From assembly GCA_038087875.1 (NCBI GenBank), contig CM075992.1, positions 6,634,001 to 6,698,000 on the forward strand: a DNA stretch of 64,000 bases, written 5' to 3'. Below, one piece after another: positions 39,660 through 51,306 of this stretch (its first letter is position 1; every line of letters begins with the position of its first letter). The DNA comes from Malacoraja senta (Eukaryota). A program made the position numbers and the translations under genes. Under the pieces are notes generated by a model that worked only from the letters and a program-made list of their open reading frames with translations, was not told the DNA's origin and searched no databases.

Positions 39660-40006
39660 ATATCCCTGCATCACAACTCCGGGCACCCCCTCCATGAAAC
39701 TGTGGAGGGTCAGAGGAGCACACGGAACAACAACCGGCTCCTCTTCCTGCGCTGTAGAACAGAGCGGTTCAGGAGATCCTTCACCCCTGCAGCCATTAGA
39801 TTTTATAATATTGACCATTAAGCTGTATGGGGATGGCTTGCACTTTTAATAGTTATTTATTGGGTTATTTTTAAGTATTTATTGCTTTCATGTATTGTCC
39901 ATATTTTATGTATTGTCTGCTTTACGTTCTGACTGTGTTGGCTACTGGACATCTGAATTTCCCCGAGGGGATTAATAAAGTATTTAACATCATCATCATC
40001 ATCATC
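39660..40006 (+). mobile_element. Rex1-like LINE 3' fragment with (CAT)n tail
   Basis: HPLHETV...RLL..RC.TERFRRSF.PAAIR.YN; aataaag followed by catcatcat. Confidence 0.65.
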
Positions 40007-40029
40007 AACTCTTCCCAAATTTTTCCCAC

Positions 40030-40790
40030 AAAACAAGGAGATGGATGACAATCTCATCTCCAACACGGGGGTTGTTGCCGATGCTCTAATTGTGAAGGAT
40101 CTGACGGGGATGGCCCTTTAAGGGAATGGTCTTGGTGCTTCTCGGTAGTTCTGACGATGAGGCATTCTGCCAGAGGACTAAGTCTGGGAGAACAACTGCC
40201 GTTGACTCCTTTTCTACAGGCCTCTGGTGACATTTTGGATAGACTACGGCCTGATTAGTTTGTGTCTCAAGGCGTTGTCTGAGTCGAGGGTGGCGTGGCA
40301 TGTCCAACTAAAAGGAATGCTCCATGGCAGTGTGCTCAGGCCCATCCTACACTGAGGACTGATCAATCCTTTGCCAAAAGGAATAATTGCCCTTTGCTTA
40401 CCCAGGTCAATAAGCAGCTTGGTGTATCCATTCACCAAGGTAGCCATCTGATTGACCACATTGGCTACATTTCCCCCCATTTTTATGGAAATCTGTCCAT
40501 TGGGTTCATGCAAACCAATATATTTTTGAGCTTCAGACTGACAATTAAAGGTCTTGAATGATTGCTGCAGACACAGCTGTGGGTTATGGGCAGGTACAGC
40601 ACCACCAGGAACACAATGCACTTGATGACCAGGTTGAACCCATGACTGATGGAGAACCTGGTATTCTGTTGCTGGAACACCAGTTTATCTTTGCCTTATC
40701 TATACACAACACCCAGTTCTTGGTATTTGCCCTGCCTCCCATAATTCATATCCTCAGCACCTCTTTTCTTCCTCGAACCCAGCTCTTTAC
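40030..40790 (-). mobile_element. Degenerate Tx1/L1-clade LINE fragment (post-RT region)
   Basis: Frameshifted remnants RMGLSTLP, LWQNASSSEL and GDE.V.HLL, typical of Tx1-type ORF2 C-termini. Confidence 0.6.
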
Positions 40791-41258
40791 CTTTATACTT
40801 GCTGGAATGTCTTTCTGAACCAACTTCATAAGGGATAAGAGCAGAATAAGGCCATTCGGCCCATCAAGTCTACTCTGCCATTCAATCATGGCTGATCTAT
40901 CTTTCCCTCTTAACCCCATCTCCTGCCTTCTCCCCATAACCCCTGACACCCCTAACATCCCTATTTACCGCTGAATCCCCGCCCCGTCTCAGATTCTTAA
41001 ATTAATTTGAATTTTCTTATTCCCTTGAATCGTGTCTTATTTTTTGTGACCTATTGCAACAATAATCTTAACCACTCTTTTAACTTTGCATGCACAGATA
41101 AGAAACGTATTAGGTATTTAAGTAGAATTCTATGGTTTGCCATCTCTGATCCAAACCATCGGGGAAATAAAGTAAAATGAGCTAAATAAGGAATGGATTT
41201 CAGTGGAGGCATAAGATCGGGCTGTGATCAACTTGTATCTGTATTTCTGTTTAATCAG

Positions 41259-41416
41259 ATGAAGAGGAGGAGGAAGAGGAAAGTGATGATGACAGCCAAC
41301 AAGAGATTCCAATGGACAATGAGCCCATGTTAGTGACGGACTCCTTGGAGCCACCAGCCAAACTGTCACGGACAGACTCGAGGGGGGTGTTTGTTCAAGC
41401 ACCACCAACCAACTGA
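41259..41416 (+). CDS. RFX1: RFX1 last coding exon, acidic tail (DEEEEEEESDDDSQQEIPMDNEPMLVTDSLEPPAKLSRTDSRGVFVQAPPTN*)
   Basis: aatcag acceptor; TGA at 41414-41416; LEPPAKL.RTD.RG.FVQA is the RFX1-type C-terminus. Confidence 0.95.
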
Positions 41417-44400
41417 ATATATAACATAGGATGCAAAAGAGGAAAACTTTTGCTTGAATTTAATATCATTAACTCTCCTGGCACCTGATAGCCATTGCAT
41501 AGAAAGACATTGTCTATAGTTATCACGAATATCAAACCTCTACCAAAATTATTTTAGTTCAACATTTATTTATAAGTTGTATTTAAGAAATAAAAAAAAT
41601 CTTTCCACTAGGAGTATAGTATATTAGTAAATGACTGCTGTTACATAATTACTAACTTTAAAACACTCAGCTCACAGATTATATAAGAGCTAAAGCACTA
41701 CCAAGCTCAGTATTGTGCTGCTTTTGAATGTCACAGGAGCCAAAAATTGCCCAAACACCACAATTCTGAAGATATTTGCTTGTTTTTTGTTTAGAAAATA
41801 AGTAACATTGAATATTTCTTTGGTGCTGCTGTAATAACACAAAATGGAAAATCACTCTGATTTCAAAAGCAAATATGGATTGAGATTCGCTCAAAACCTT
41901 GTATTTAGGTACACTAAAAAGTGCTCACTTATAGGAAGCAGAGTGCTTGGTGTTGGGCCTTTTAGTGTACCATTAGTGAGAATAAACTTTGAAACCTACT
42001 GGATGGTCGGGTCAGCTTTTATGGGTTTCCTCAATTATTTTTTAAATTGCACAAGAAACATAACCCAGCTAAAATAATCCACAGTTAACCAGCTGCCAGG
42101 AATAGAAGGTTGAAGAGAGGATGCAGGAATGAAATTGCTGAGACATAACTCACTGATAATTGACAAACTTATCATACTTTCCCTCTGGTGGAACATTTCT
42201 CGTTTCAATCAGTCTTGGAAGGGTCCTTCAGCTTTTTTGTTTGTCACTGACTTTTAAAGCGCTGTGTATTAGACTTGTTAAAAGAATGTGCAGCTTTCAT
42301 ATGGCCACCAGCTGGTTTGCATAACAGAAAAACACTTTTTTAACTTTCACACAGGTAAATCATTTATAATTTTTATGATATTTTCTTCTACCGTTCATAG
42401 AATTAAGGTTATGTCAAGCAAAATCTTCATCATCTTGCTGTTTTGTCCTTTGAATCTGTGGCCCTTCTACTGCAGCCCTGTTTATTGCTGCTGAACTTGA
42501 AGAACTGAGCACTTACATAGAATACAATAAGGTACTTACATAAGGTACTATCTTAAAATGAGAAATTATTACTTAAAGAGTTACTATAAGCATTCACCTT
42601 TTATTTTCTTGGCTTTAAACTCAAAATGTTGTTTTCCTTATGTGACAGAGCTAGTCAGAAATTGAACATTTTATTGCCTATTGTATTAAAGTATTTTAAA
42701 AATTCTTTAATATCCCATTATCAGGGTTGGTTACATTAGTTACAAATGAGGGATATGAGAGAACTAAAAGTTAAAATAGGCTGAAAGCTGCAAATGTTAT
42801 ACATTACACAGTGTATGGAGTGTCCTAAGATTCAGACTAGGTTTTCAGATTATGTATGGCAAGTTGTAATATTTTAGGTTGAACATTATTGCCTTTGCAG
42901 TGTATTTTATCCATTTGTAAAACCAGGCAGGGATGAAAACAAGGCAGCAGAAGAGAGGGAAAAATATCAGGATGCTATTTTGTTAGGTTGTAACTTTCGC
43001 AATACCATAATTTAGTTGGTGAATAACAAAATTCATACCAGTACCATTTTACTAATCTACTGACATGATCAGGAGCTGCTGCATCATTTTACTTTTACAT
43101 TTTATTATGTAATTGATGCATTTACCATAGTAGTATTGGTTTGTTCTGTTCTGTGCAGCTATCGCTTTCCATATTGCATCAAAAGAAGAATAGAGAATTA
43201 GGCTGTTCGCTTTACATTTCATTGTCTTCTCTGACATAGTCCTAATGAACTTTGTTCCGTTGGATGAGCCATGCCTTGAATATCAATGAATTCTGAGTTT
43301 ATAGACAATTGCTATCAAGAGTTCTACTCAATCAACTTCAGAGATATATTATATTTACATTGATAAAGACTAATTTTGATAAAAGCTAAATTTGCATCAA
43401 TGGGAAATTTAGAATTTTTTCAACTTGCCCACTAACAATATTCAAGGCCGTTGTATCAAAATACTATTGTGTTAGGATAAATAATCAGAATTCAGGCCTA
43501 CCAATTTGACCTTTGTCATATGTTTGTGCCTAACATTTAATTTGATTTTGATTTTGATTTTCTTGGAAAGCCATATTCAAGATGATTCATTAAGCACTGC
43601 TGCTCTGTACGTACCTACAGCTCAGTGACCTAGGAAGCAAAAAAATAAAACCATTTTTGAAGACCTTTGGTTCATTTGAATCAGTGTTTAAAGAAGAATG
43701 GCTAAAATGGACGCTATATGTTGAATGCTTTACTAAACTGTCCTTTAAAACCACGTACTACTTTTTGGATTCACACTTATTTGAATGGATAGATACATTT
43801 CCAAGGAATACACTTATTGGAAATAAAACCAGAAAATGCAGGGGACAATGTGCAGATAATGCAGCATCGCTGAGGCCAAAATACACTTTTTTTCTGGCAA
43901 GAATCAGCCAAACTTTGCACTATGCCAGCTCTTTCATATCCATTATTTTAATCTAGTACTGTGCTGTCATGACTTGTTAATGGTTGATGATTTTTTTAAA
44001 TTGTGTTTTATTTGTTTCTTTATCAACTTTCTTTTCCATTCATTAAATCCCGTTCTGTCCTGGCTCTTGGTGCTGAGAGAAACCAGAGATTAAATTCACA
44101 CCAGGTTCTGAATTAGCTTCCAGCAATATAGTCTATTGCTGGAATACAGTCTAGAAAGATAACAAATGCTGACTCGTATAATATGCAAAACCCCTGCAGT
44201 TGGATGCATAAATAGAACAGTTCCAAAGGGTTAACTAAGAATTAGGATATATATCTTAGAAAATGATATTAACTATTATTTCCTTTATTATCATTTGAGT
44301 AAACAACTGATGCATAGCAAGATGAGTAAAATTAATTCTGGAAATTAATTAAAAATAATATTGGTGCAGTCAAAATTAAAATAGTACTGAGGGATGCTGA

Positions 44401-47400
44401 AGGAGAGAATGTGTAATTGGCCACAGAGAAGGAAACAAAGCTGAGGAAGAAATGCACCAAAACCAACTTTATTAAGTTAGTTTACTCAATAGAAATGGAA
44501 AGAAAATGATCCCTGGGCTGTTGTGTTGCTGTTGTGCAGAATTATCCAGTACGTCCAGAGCAGTGCTTTAAGGAATAAATTATAATCAAACTTTATGCTA
44601 ATACTTAAATGAAAACAAAGATTCAAGAGCAGCAAGGCAACTGTGATATTTACTTGAGTGCTGATTAGCTACTAAAGGGAAATGTTATTCCAATTTGCAG
44701 TGAAGATTTTATTTTAAATCATACAAACGTAATTTTATAATTGTGCCTTGAAACGAAACTGTTTTAGATTTCAGAATCAAGATGCAAAAGTTGGTTTTAG
44801 TTGTGCTGAGCTGGATTAAGTACTGCATTATGACAAATTGAAAGAGGAGCAGATTGTTTTAATATTTGTTGTGATTTGTCAGCCCTCTGAGGATTATCTT
44901 TGCCAGTAGACATAGAACCATACAGTGTGGAAACAGGCCCTTCGGCCCAACTTGCCCACACCGACCAACATGTCCAAGTAGTTGGTATAGATGATCAACG
45001 AGAAGTGAAACTTTCCTATATTGGCTGGTCTTCATAATTAGTAGTAAATTATCTTTTTAATTAAAAGATTAAACTTTTAATTAGTTTAAAAGCTAAATTG
45101 ACTTTTAGTTAGTTTAAAACTAACTTTTAAAGTTAGTTTTAAAAGTAACTAAAACTAAAGCTAAAAGGCTTTTTAAAAGACAGAAAGTATTTTGGCTCAT
45201 AATGGTAGCAAACGACCTCACCAAAACTTATTTTGTACAAAGTTTTCATTCCCTGCCTCTCCCAACTTCCATGCCAAATTACTGCCTGGTAACGGCATTT
45301 GGAGTACAAGAGCAGCTCCATTAAAAGCTGCAAGCACCCAGTTTCGGCCTGCTTGAGACATCTTCACCACAAATGCACATGTTCCACATGGGAGTCAACG
45401 ACTCTTAGATTGCTTAGAGGTTCTCATGGAAACTCTCCTCTTTACTTGGAGTGGAAAACTCCACGCAAGAAAAGGAACAATTAACAGGTTCAGCAAAAAA
45501 GTAGCTAAATATGTGGCATGCTTGCATTTTCTATTTTTAAAATACCTAGGATCAATTTTAAGCTGTTGTGGTGATTGAACAGGAGTAGATCAGTGATGTT
45601 CTAAACTAGAAGTCTCCCATGTACCATCAGATCCATTTCCTTTAGGCCTGCTTTTCTTGACCATAGCATTAGGTACTACTGCATCTGGATCTGCTAATAC
45701 TCTCTTTACACCCATATTAGCTGCGTGCATTGCTAAAAATGCAAGTATTCTGTGCTGTAATGAGGGAGTTTCCTCGACTATAACAAACTTGTGGATAATA
45801 TGACATGGGCCTTCCAAATGATTGGAGTAACCTGCTGATGGTACAGTTTGTGTAGTGTGTAACCATACCCAAAGCAAAGGCAGAAGATGAAATAGCTTTC
45901 ATTCGGGGTTGAAACGGTTGAAGAAAGGACAGTGGGTGCAGTCCTCTCCCTGAAGTGAATCGGAGTCATGGTTCACCACTGTGCCTCCAATTATTGCTTC
46001 AACAGCACTGTTTTGTTGTTTTTAATTGTCAGTAAGGAATTTCAGCTTGTACACTGACAGTAATCAGTTATTCGTTGGCTGTACATTAACAAACTGTCTC
46101 TCAACGTGGAGTATTTTTCTGTTATGCTCACTGCAAACCAGCCATCAACGTTACAGTTTCTGCACACTCTCTTAACAGCTTGGCAGTGGACAAGACAAGA
46201 GCCTCACCATCAAAGATCAATATGACTGCCCAAAACTGAGCTCAGTCATTGAGCTTTTCAAAACTGCCCCATTTTCAGGCAGGGATATTAATAGTTGTCT
46301 AGTTTGATGACAATTAACTCATTGTCACTTAATATTGAATGTGTGGAATTCAGATATCCCTTGTTCCGTGGAAAGGAGAACATGCCAGGTAATTGAAGAC
46401 AGGAGGAACAGCTAACACGTATACATCAAACATATTGCTACAGTCCCCCTTGAGCCAGTAGTGACCACTAACTAGCAGGCCCCAATCCAGGACAATGGAT
46501 TCATATACTATTGCTCCCAGGCCAATGTAGGCTTGTTTTCCTGGAAAGAGATAGGGTCGCTCCCAGCATTGATGTGTTGCCTGGTTACCAGTAACTAGTC
46601 TGGATGGTAGACGAATTTTAGACAAGTGCCAGGAGGATGGGATGTTTCAGTTGTTCTGCTTATTATGTGAAGAACAGAGGTTGCTCTTCTGCCAAATTCC
46701 AATTCAACGGCCCAAACAAAGTGAGTTTGACCAGGTGGTGCCTGGGATCATATCCCTCCGGTGAGTGTGTGCTTACCATTGGTCCTGTCAATTAAAACCT
46801 TCATAGCCAGCAAAGGCTGGTGTCAACTGGAGCACCATTTTAGAAGCCAGAAAGGAGCTTGTATTACTAGAACAGAGGAGCTCTTTATATCTTAAAACAC
46901 ACATTCCTCAAAGTGGATTTGTACCAATACTAAAAGCCCAGCTGTGCATGGGTAAGGGAAGCAGTTTTGCAGATCATTCAGTTTGATTTGGGTCAGAGGA
47001 AAGTTCAATATGTGAATGAGTGGTTTGCGACTTGTAAAGTCAGGCATGGGTAAGTGCACTTTGTGTAAGTTGACTGTGAACCACAGCTAGAACACTCCCT
47101 CTCCCCTGGTGAATGTCCAAAAACTACTCACTGATAAACGCAGTTGTGAACAGTTGTTCCCATTTGCCCAACTAATCCGATTTTAGTACTGAACCAATCA
47201 ACACTGCTGTAATGCACGAATATACTGAGGTAAAATCCTACTTTTTAATCAAAGGACTGCAACTCTTAACATATATACAGTGGCATGTTTCATAAAGTCT
47301 ACTATTGATAATTCTTCACTTGATTAAATAATACAGTTTATTTAACTCCAAAAAAACAACAGCGAATTACAGGAATGTACAGCCATTTGTTCTGTGCAGA

Positions 47401-48915
47401 ATTATTATCTGGTTATCAAATCTAATGCTGGATTATTTAGATATTTCACATTCATAATTATGCAAACAGTAACTCCTTCCCAAATCCTTTTTCAGCCAAG
47501 CAGATGGGACAGGATCATAATTACAACCTGTGTACTTCATGGCCATTATCCACATGTTGTCTTGACCCAGCATCTGATGTTCTTTCCTCCCTGAGGAAAC
47601 CAGTGGAATTAATTGCAATTTGTAAGCACAATGTTCTTACACAACCAAAGTGTGTAATTGGAACCATGTCTAGCCTAGCAGTGTAATGTAGCTGGATGTA
47701 AAATGAAAATATATATACAGCAGGATTTCTGATTTACTTCCAGCTAAACTATGGTAGTGGAATGGGATACATTTGAGGAGCCCAGGTTTTGATTTATAAA
47801 AGATGTTGTCTCCTATATATTTTATTGCAATTATAAACCAATAAATTCAAGCATCCTCCATTTTGAGGCAAGTTTTAGTATCTTGCGCAAACGTATTTAT
47901 ATATCTGAGATTATTCTGCATCACACAGATCCAAATTATGAATATATATTTGAGAAATGGGCATTGCTGCATTAGGCTTTCTGTTTAATTTTGCTATTAT
48001 TTACCATTTTTACGAAGCTATACTTTGTTCAAGAGAGGATCCTTACCTCTGTTGTGAAGGGTGTATTCTCTCAACTTCTTTCGGCACTGCAGAACTTAGC
48101 TGATGCCTCATAGTTCTGGTACATTAGAGAATGTCTAAAGAATACAGCCTCAAACTAAGATAAGTGCCTCTGTCAAACCACCCGAAGATAGGTTTGCAGA
48201 AAGATAATGCACAAGTGGTTACCACTCTCTCTTCACCAATAATATGACATTGAATTCAGTTTCCTTCACACAATTCTAGTCAACATGATGAGCCTGATGG
48301 CAGAACAGTTTGTTGCCTTTTGTTAACACTTAATATTAACTTTAAATCATTTGTAGGGTTTTTGTTTTTCTCCTTTTACAAATAAAGAGTGTGTGATGTG
48401 ACATGTATTTTGCAGTTAATTGCGGCACTTGTAATATATTTGTTGTACCAGTTTGTAACTCCAAATTACATATAGTTTTGAAAAACTAAACAATCTGTGC
48501 TTTTGTACGTAATTATAATCTTTATTACACGTTGCATTAATATTGGGTGAGTTGTGAAAAGAAAATGATTATTTGATATATTTGTTTCTGAACCATTATG
48601 GCCTTATTTGTTGGAACTTTAGTCTTGAGATACATCTGTGAAATAGTTGTATGCCGTTCTGTATCGGAAAAGTAAATATTGTATTTTGTATAAACAAGAA
48701 ATGCTTAGTTTTGTTGTAAACTGGGTACTTTGGTTGGCTTTTGCTGAGCTATGGATCTCGAGAGAACGAAGCAGTGTTTGAGACTGCGCTGTTTAGTGTT
48801 GTCATTCAGCTTGGGGTGATATGTAAGCATTTGTATGAGTGTTTCGTTTTGGTGCAAAAGCTGTTTTCTACTTTTTGTAGTGTTTCTTTTAAATAAAAGA
48901 GCAGATATAACAAAA
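41417..48915 (+). other. RFX1: Probable long RFX1 3'UTR
   Basis: Almost repeat-free (one ~70-bp fragment near 44905-44975), unlike the introns; U/GU-rich distal end; AATAAA at 48892 followed by a GT-rich tract. Confidence 0.55.
48892..48897 (+). terminator. Candidate distal polyadenylation signal AATAAA
   Basis: AATAAA with upstream T-rich/TGTA elements and downstream tgtctgttgtcttc; other AATAAA at 41589, 41981, 43822, 44574, 47840, 48381. Confidence 0.55.
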
Positions 48916-48992
48916 ATGTCTGTTGTCTTCTACTTGAAGTCTTAGGAATTGGACACTTTGTCATTTTGCATTACCAAATATTGTTCTCCAAG

Positions 48993-50946
48993 CAGTGATG
49001 GAAATGGGTTTTAGGAACTAAGGGTACGATAACATCCATGAGGCTGAGGTTGGGAAGGAAGGGGGGGGTAGAAGCCCCCCGTGAGAATTTGTGTGTAATA
49101 TGGTAAATTTCAGGGCCATTTTAAGCCTATATTCACTGGGTATGATGATTACATGCACATTGTATCAGTATCTCAGTCAAATAAAGATAGGTATCTCAGT
49201 AAGGGAAGCTGGTCGGTGATTGGTCACAACGCCCCTCGGAGACTGTGTCTGATTGGCCGCCGAGTGACCAGCGCATTATGTGATTGGACACAATGCCCTT
49301 GGAGACAGCGGCTGATTGGACGGGAGGAGACGATTTGTTGATTGGACGGTAATTTTAAGGTAAGCTGGTCGGTGATTGGACGCAACCCCCTTAGAGACAG
49401 CGGTTGATTGGCCGCCAAATAATCGGGCACAAAAAATTGACAAATAGGAAAACAAAAAAAATCGAAATTCCGATTTAAATCTGATATAAGGTACATAGCG
49501 TGGGTATCGATTAATTCTAGACAACAGATTAAAAAAAATAATCTAACCCCATTAAATCACTCAGGGTGTATTCTGATGTGTTCTACAGTATGAAGTGTAC
49601 AGCAAAACTTGCACTTCCAGAGTGGTCTATCGTGTTGTTTCTTCAGCGGACCACGGATTTATATTAGGAGCAAAACATAAAGTGCTGGAGAACTCAGCAG
49701 GTCAAGCTGGATCTACGGAGGGTCCAAAGAAGGGCCTCGACCCAAAATGTCACCTATTCCTTCTCTCCAGAGATGCTGCCTGACCCGCTGAGTTTCTCCA
49801 GCAGTTTGTGTCTATCTATGGAGGGAACGGCTAGGCGATGTTTAGGGTCGTGTCCCTTCTTCAGGCATTTTTTAAGGGGTTGGGAAAGATCGAAAATTTC
49901 ACGTATTTAAATATGTTGTTACGAATATAACTAGTAGTGTGGGAGAAAATTCCATGAGCCATAATTGCCACATACATACCCAAAAGTAGAAATGTAGAAA
50001 GTTAGTGTGTAAAAAAAAAAAAGATATTATGAGCTTTGTAGTCTCCTTGTACCAGAAGAGAGAGAAAACAACACACATAAACTTAAAAAAAAAAAAACAT
50101 ATAACATCCCTAAATGACGGGTACAAACTACTAAATAAAGTGGGTGGACAAAAATGCTGGAGATACTCAGTGGGTGGGATGCTGCCTCACCCACTGTTTC
50201 TCCAGTATTTTTGTCTACCTTCGATTGTTCCAGCATTTGCAGTTCAGTGGGCCAGGCGGCACCCGCGGAGGGAACGGACCAGGAGCCGCCACGGGTCAGG
50301 GTTTCCCCCCCCTCCTCCCCCCCCCCACAACAGGAAGGGACCGCAGATGCAGCCGTCCCCGCAAAACGGCAAATGATTCCGGGAGAGAGAGCGAAAGACA
50401 GAGACACAGCGAGAGAGGGAGAGAGAACGAGGGATGGAGAGAGGGAGAGAACAAGGGATGAAAAGAGGAAGAGAACGAGAGAGGGAGAGAACGAGAGGGG
50501 GAGGGGGAGAGAACGTGAGGGGGAGAGAACGTGAGGGGGAGAGAGAGAATAATAAAATAACGTGGAATAATAAAATAACGTGACTTTACCTGCACACCAG
50601 AAGAAGCCCGTGCTTGCGGTCCAGAGCCCTGACAGTGAGTTTTAAGAAATTCTCCCATGAATTTTATTCAAAGGAACGCGGTGTCGTTAATACATGGTCA
50701 AAACACAATTACATTTACTGGGGAATGTGGATCGATGTATTGATGACACATTGTATAACTGCATGTTAACTACTGGCTGTTAACAAGTGCTAACAGTGGT
50801 AGTTAACAAATCGTTTTCGTCTCATGGCCGATACAGCGGTGACTCGTAACGATTATCCATGGTCGCCTTTAAAAAAAATCCGTATTTAACAACTCCGACT
50901 CCCTTCTTGTACTGAAAGTCCCCCAGCATACCCCCCCCCATCACTG
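48993..50946. mobile_element. Non-autonomous hAT-like DNA transposon (~1.95 kb)
   Basis: Terminal inverted repeats CAGTGATGG / CCATCACTG; exact 8-bp target-site duplication TCTCCAAG at 48985-48992 and 50947-50954; no transposase ORF. Confidence 0.8.
49205..49416. promoter_or_regulatory. Array of seven inverted CCAAT (TGATTGG) boxes
   Basis: ATTGG at 49219, 49252, 49283, 49315, 49341, 49375, 49407. Confidence 0.55.
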
Positions 50947-51064
50947 TCTCCAAGATGCCAACAGGTTGTGTGCATTCACTAAACGAAAATGGCCTAAAAA
51001 ATAGATTGACCAGTTGTTGAAATCAGCAACAACAGAGAAAGCTGGAAATACTGCTGATGGGATC

Positions 51065-51227
51065 CTTGTGTGGTCATTGTGGGCATTGCAGCAAGCTGCT
51101 CACCGGCTTCTCATGTGGCCATTGTGTGTATTGCAGCGTCCTGCTCACAGTCTCCACATGTGGCCGATGCATGCATTGCAGCAGCCCATTCACCGGCTCC
51201 CTGTGTGGCTGTGGTGGGTATTGCAGA
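51065..51227. repeat. Degenerate 45-bp tandem repeat (about 3.5 units), relative of the 38-bp array
   Basis: ATTGCAG recurs at 51085, 51130, 51175, 51220; shares ctcac..gctcc..gtg.ggtattgcag with the 38-bp unit. Confidence 0.75.
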
Positions 51228-51306
51228 TAGACACAAAAAGCTGGAGTAACTCAGCGGGACATTCAGCATCTCTGGAGAGAAGGTATTGCCGCACCTTGTG
51301 CACTCC

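Noticed and set aside
23391-41416. Assignment as RFX2 or RFX3
   Set aside because: DBD residues and the C-terminal LNPLDPDK and LEPPAKL.RTD motifs are RFX1-type
45590-46625. Minus-strand ORFs downstream of RFX1 as a convergent gene
   Set aside because: Short, mutually overlapping, no recognisable protein or consistent splice chain
50005-50658. Overlapping 105-126-aa ORFs on both strands
   Set aside because: Span repeat fragments and a GA microsatellite inside the hAT element; no recognisable domain
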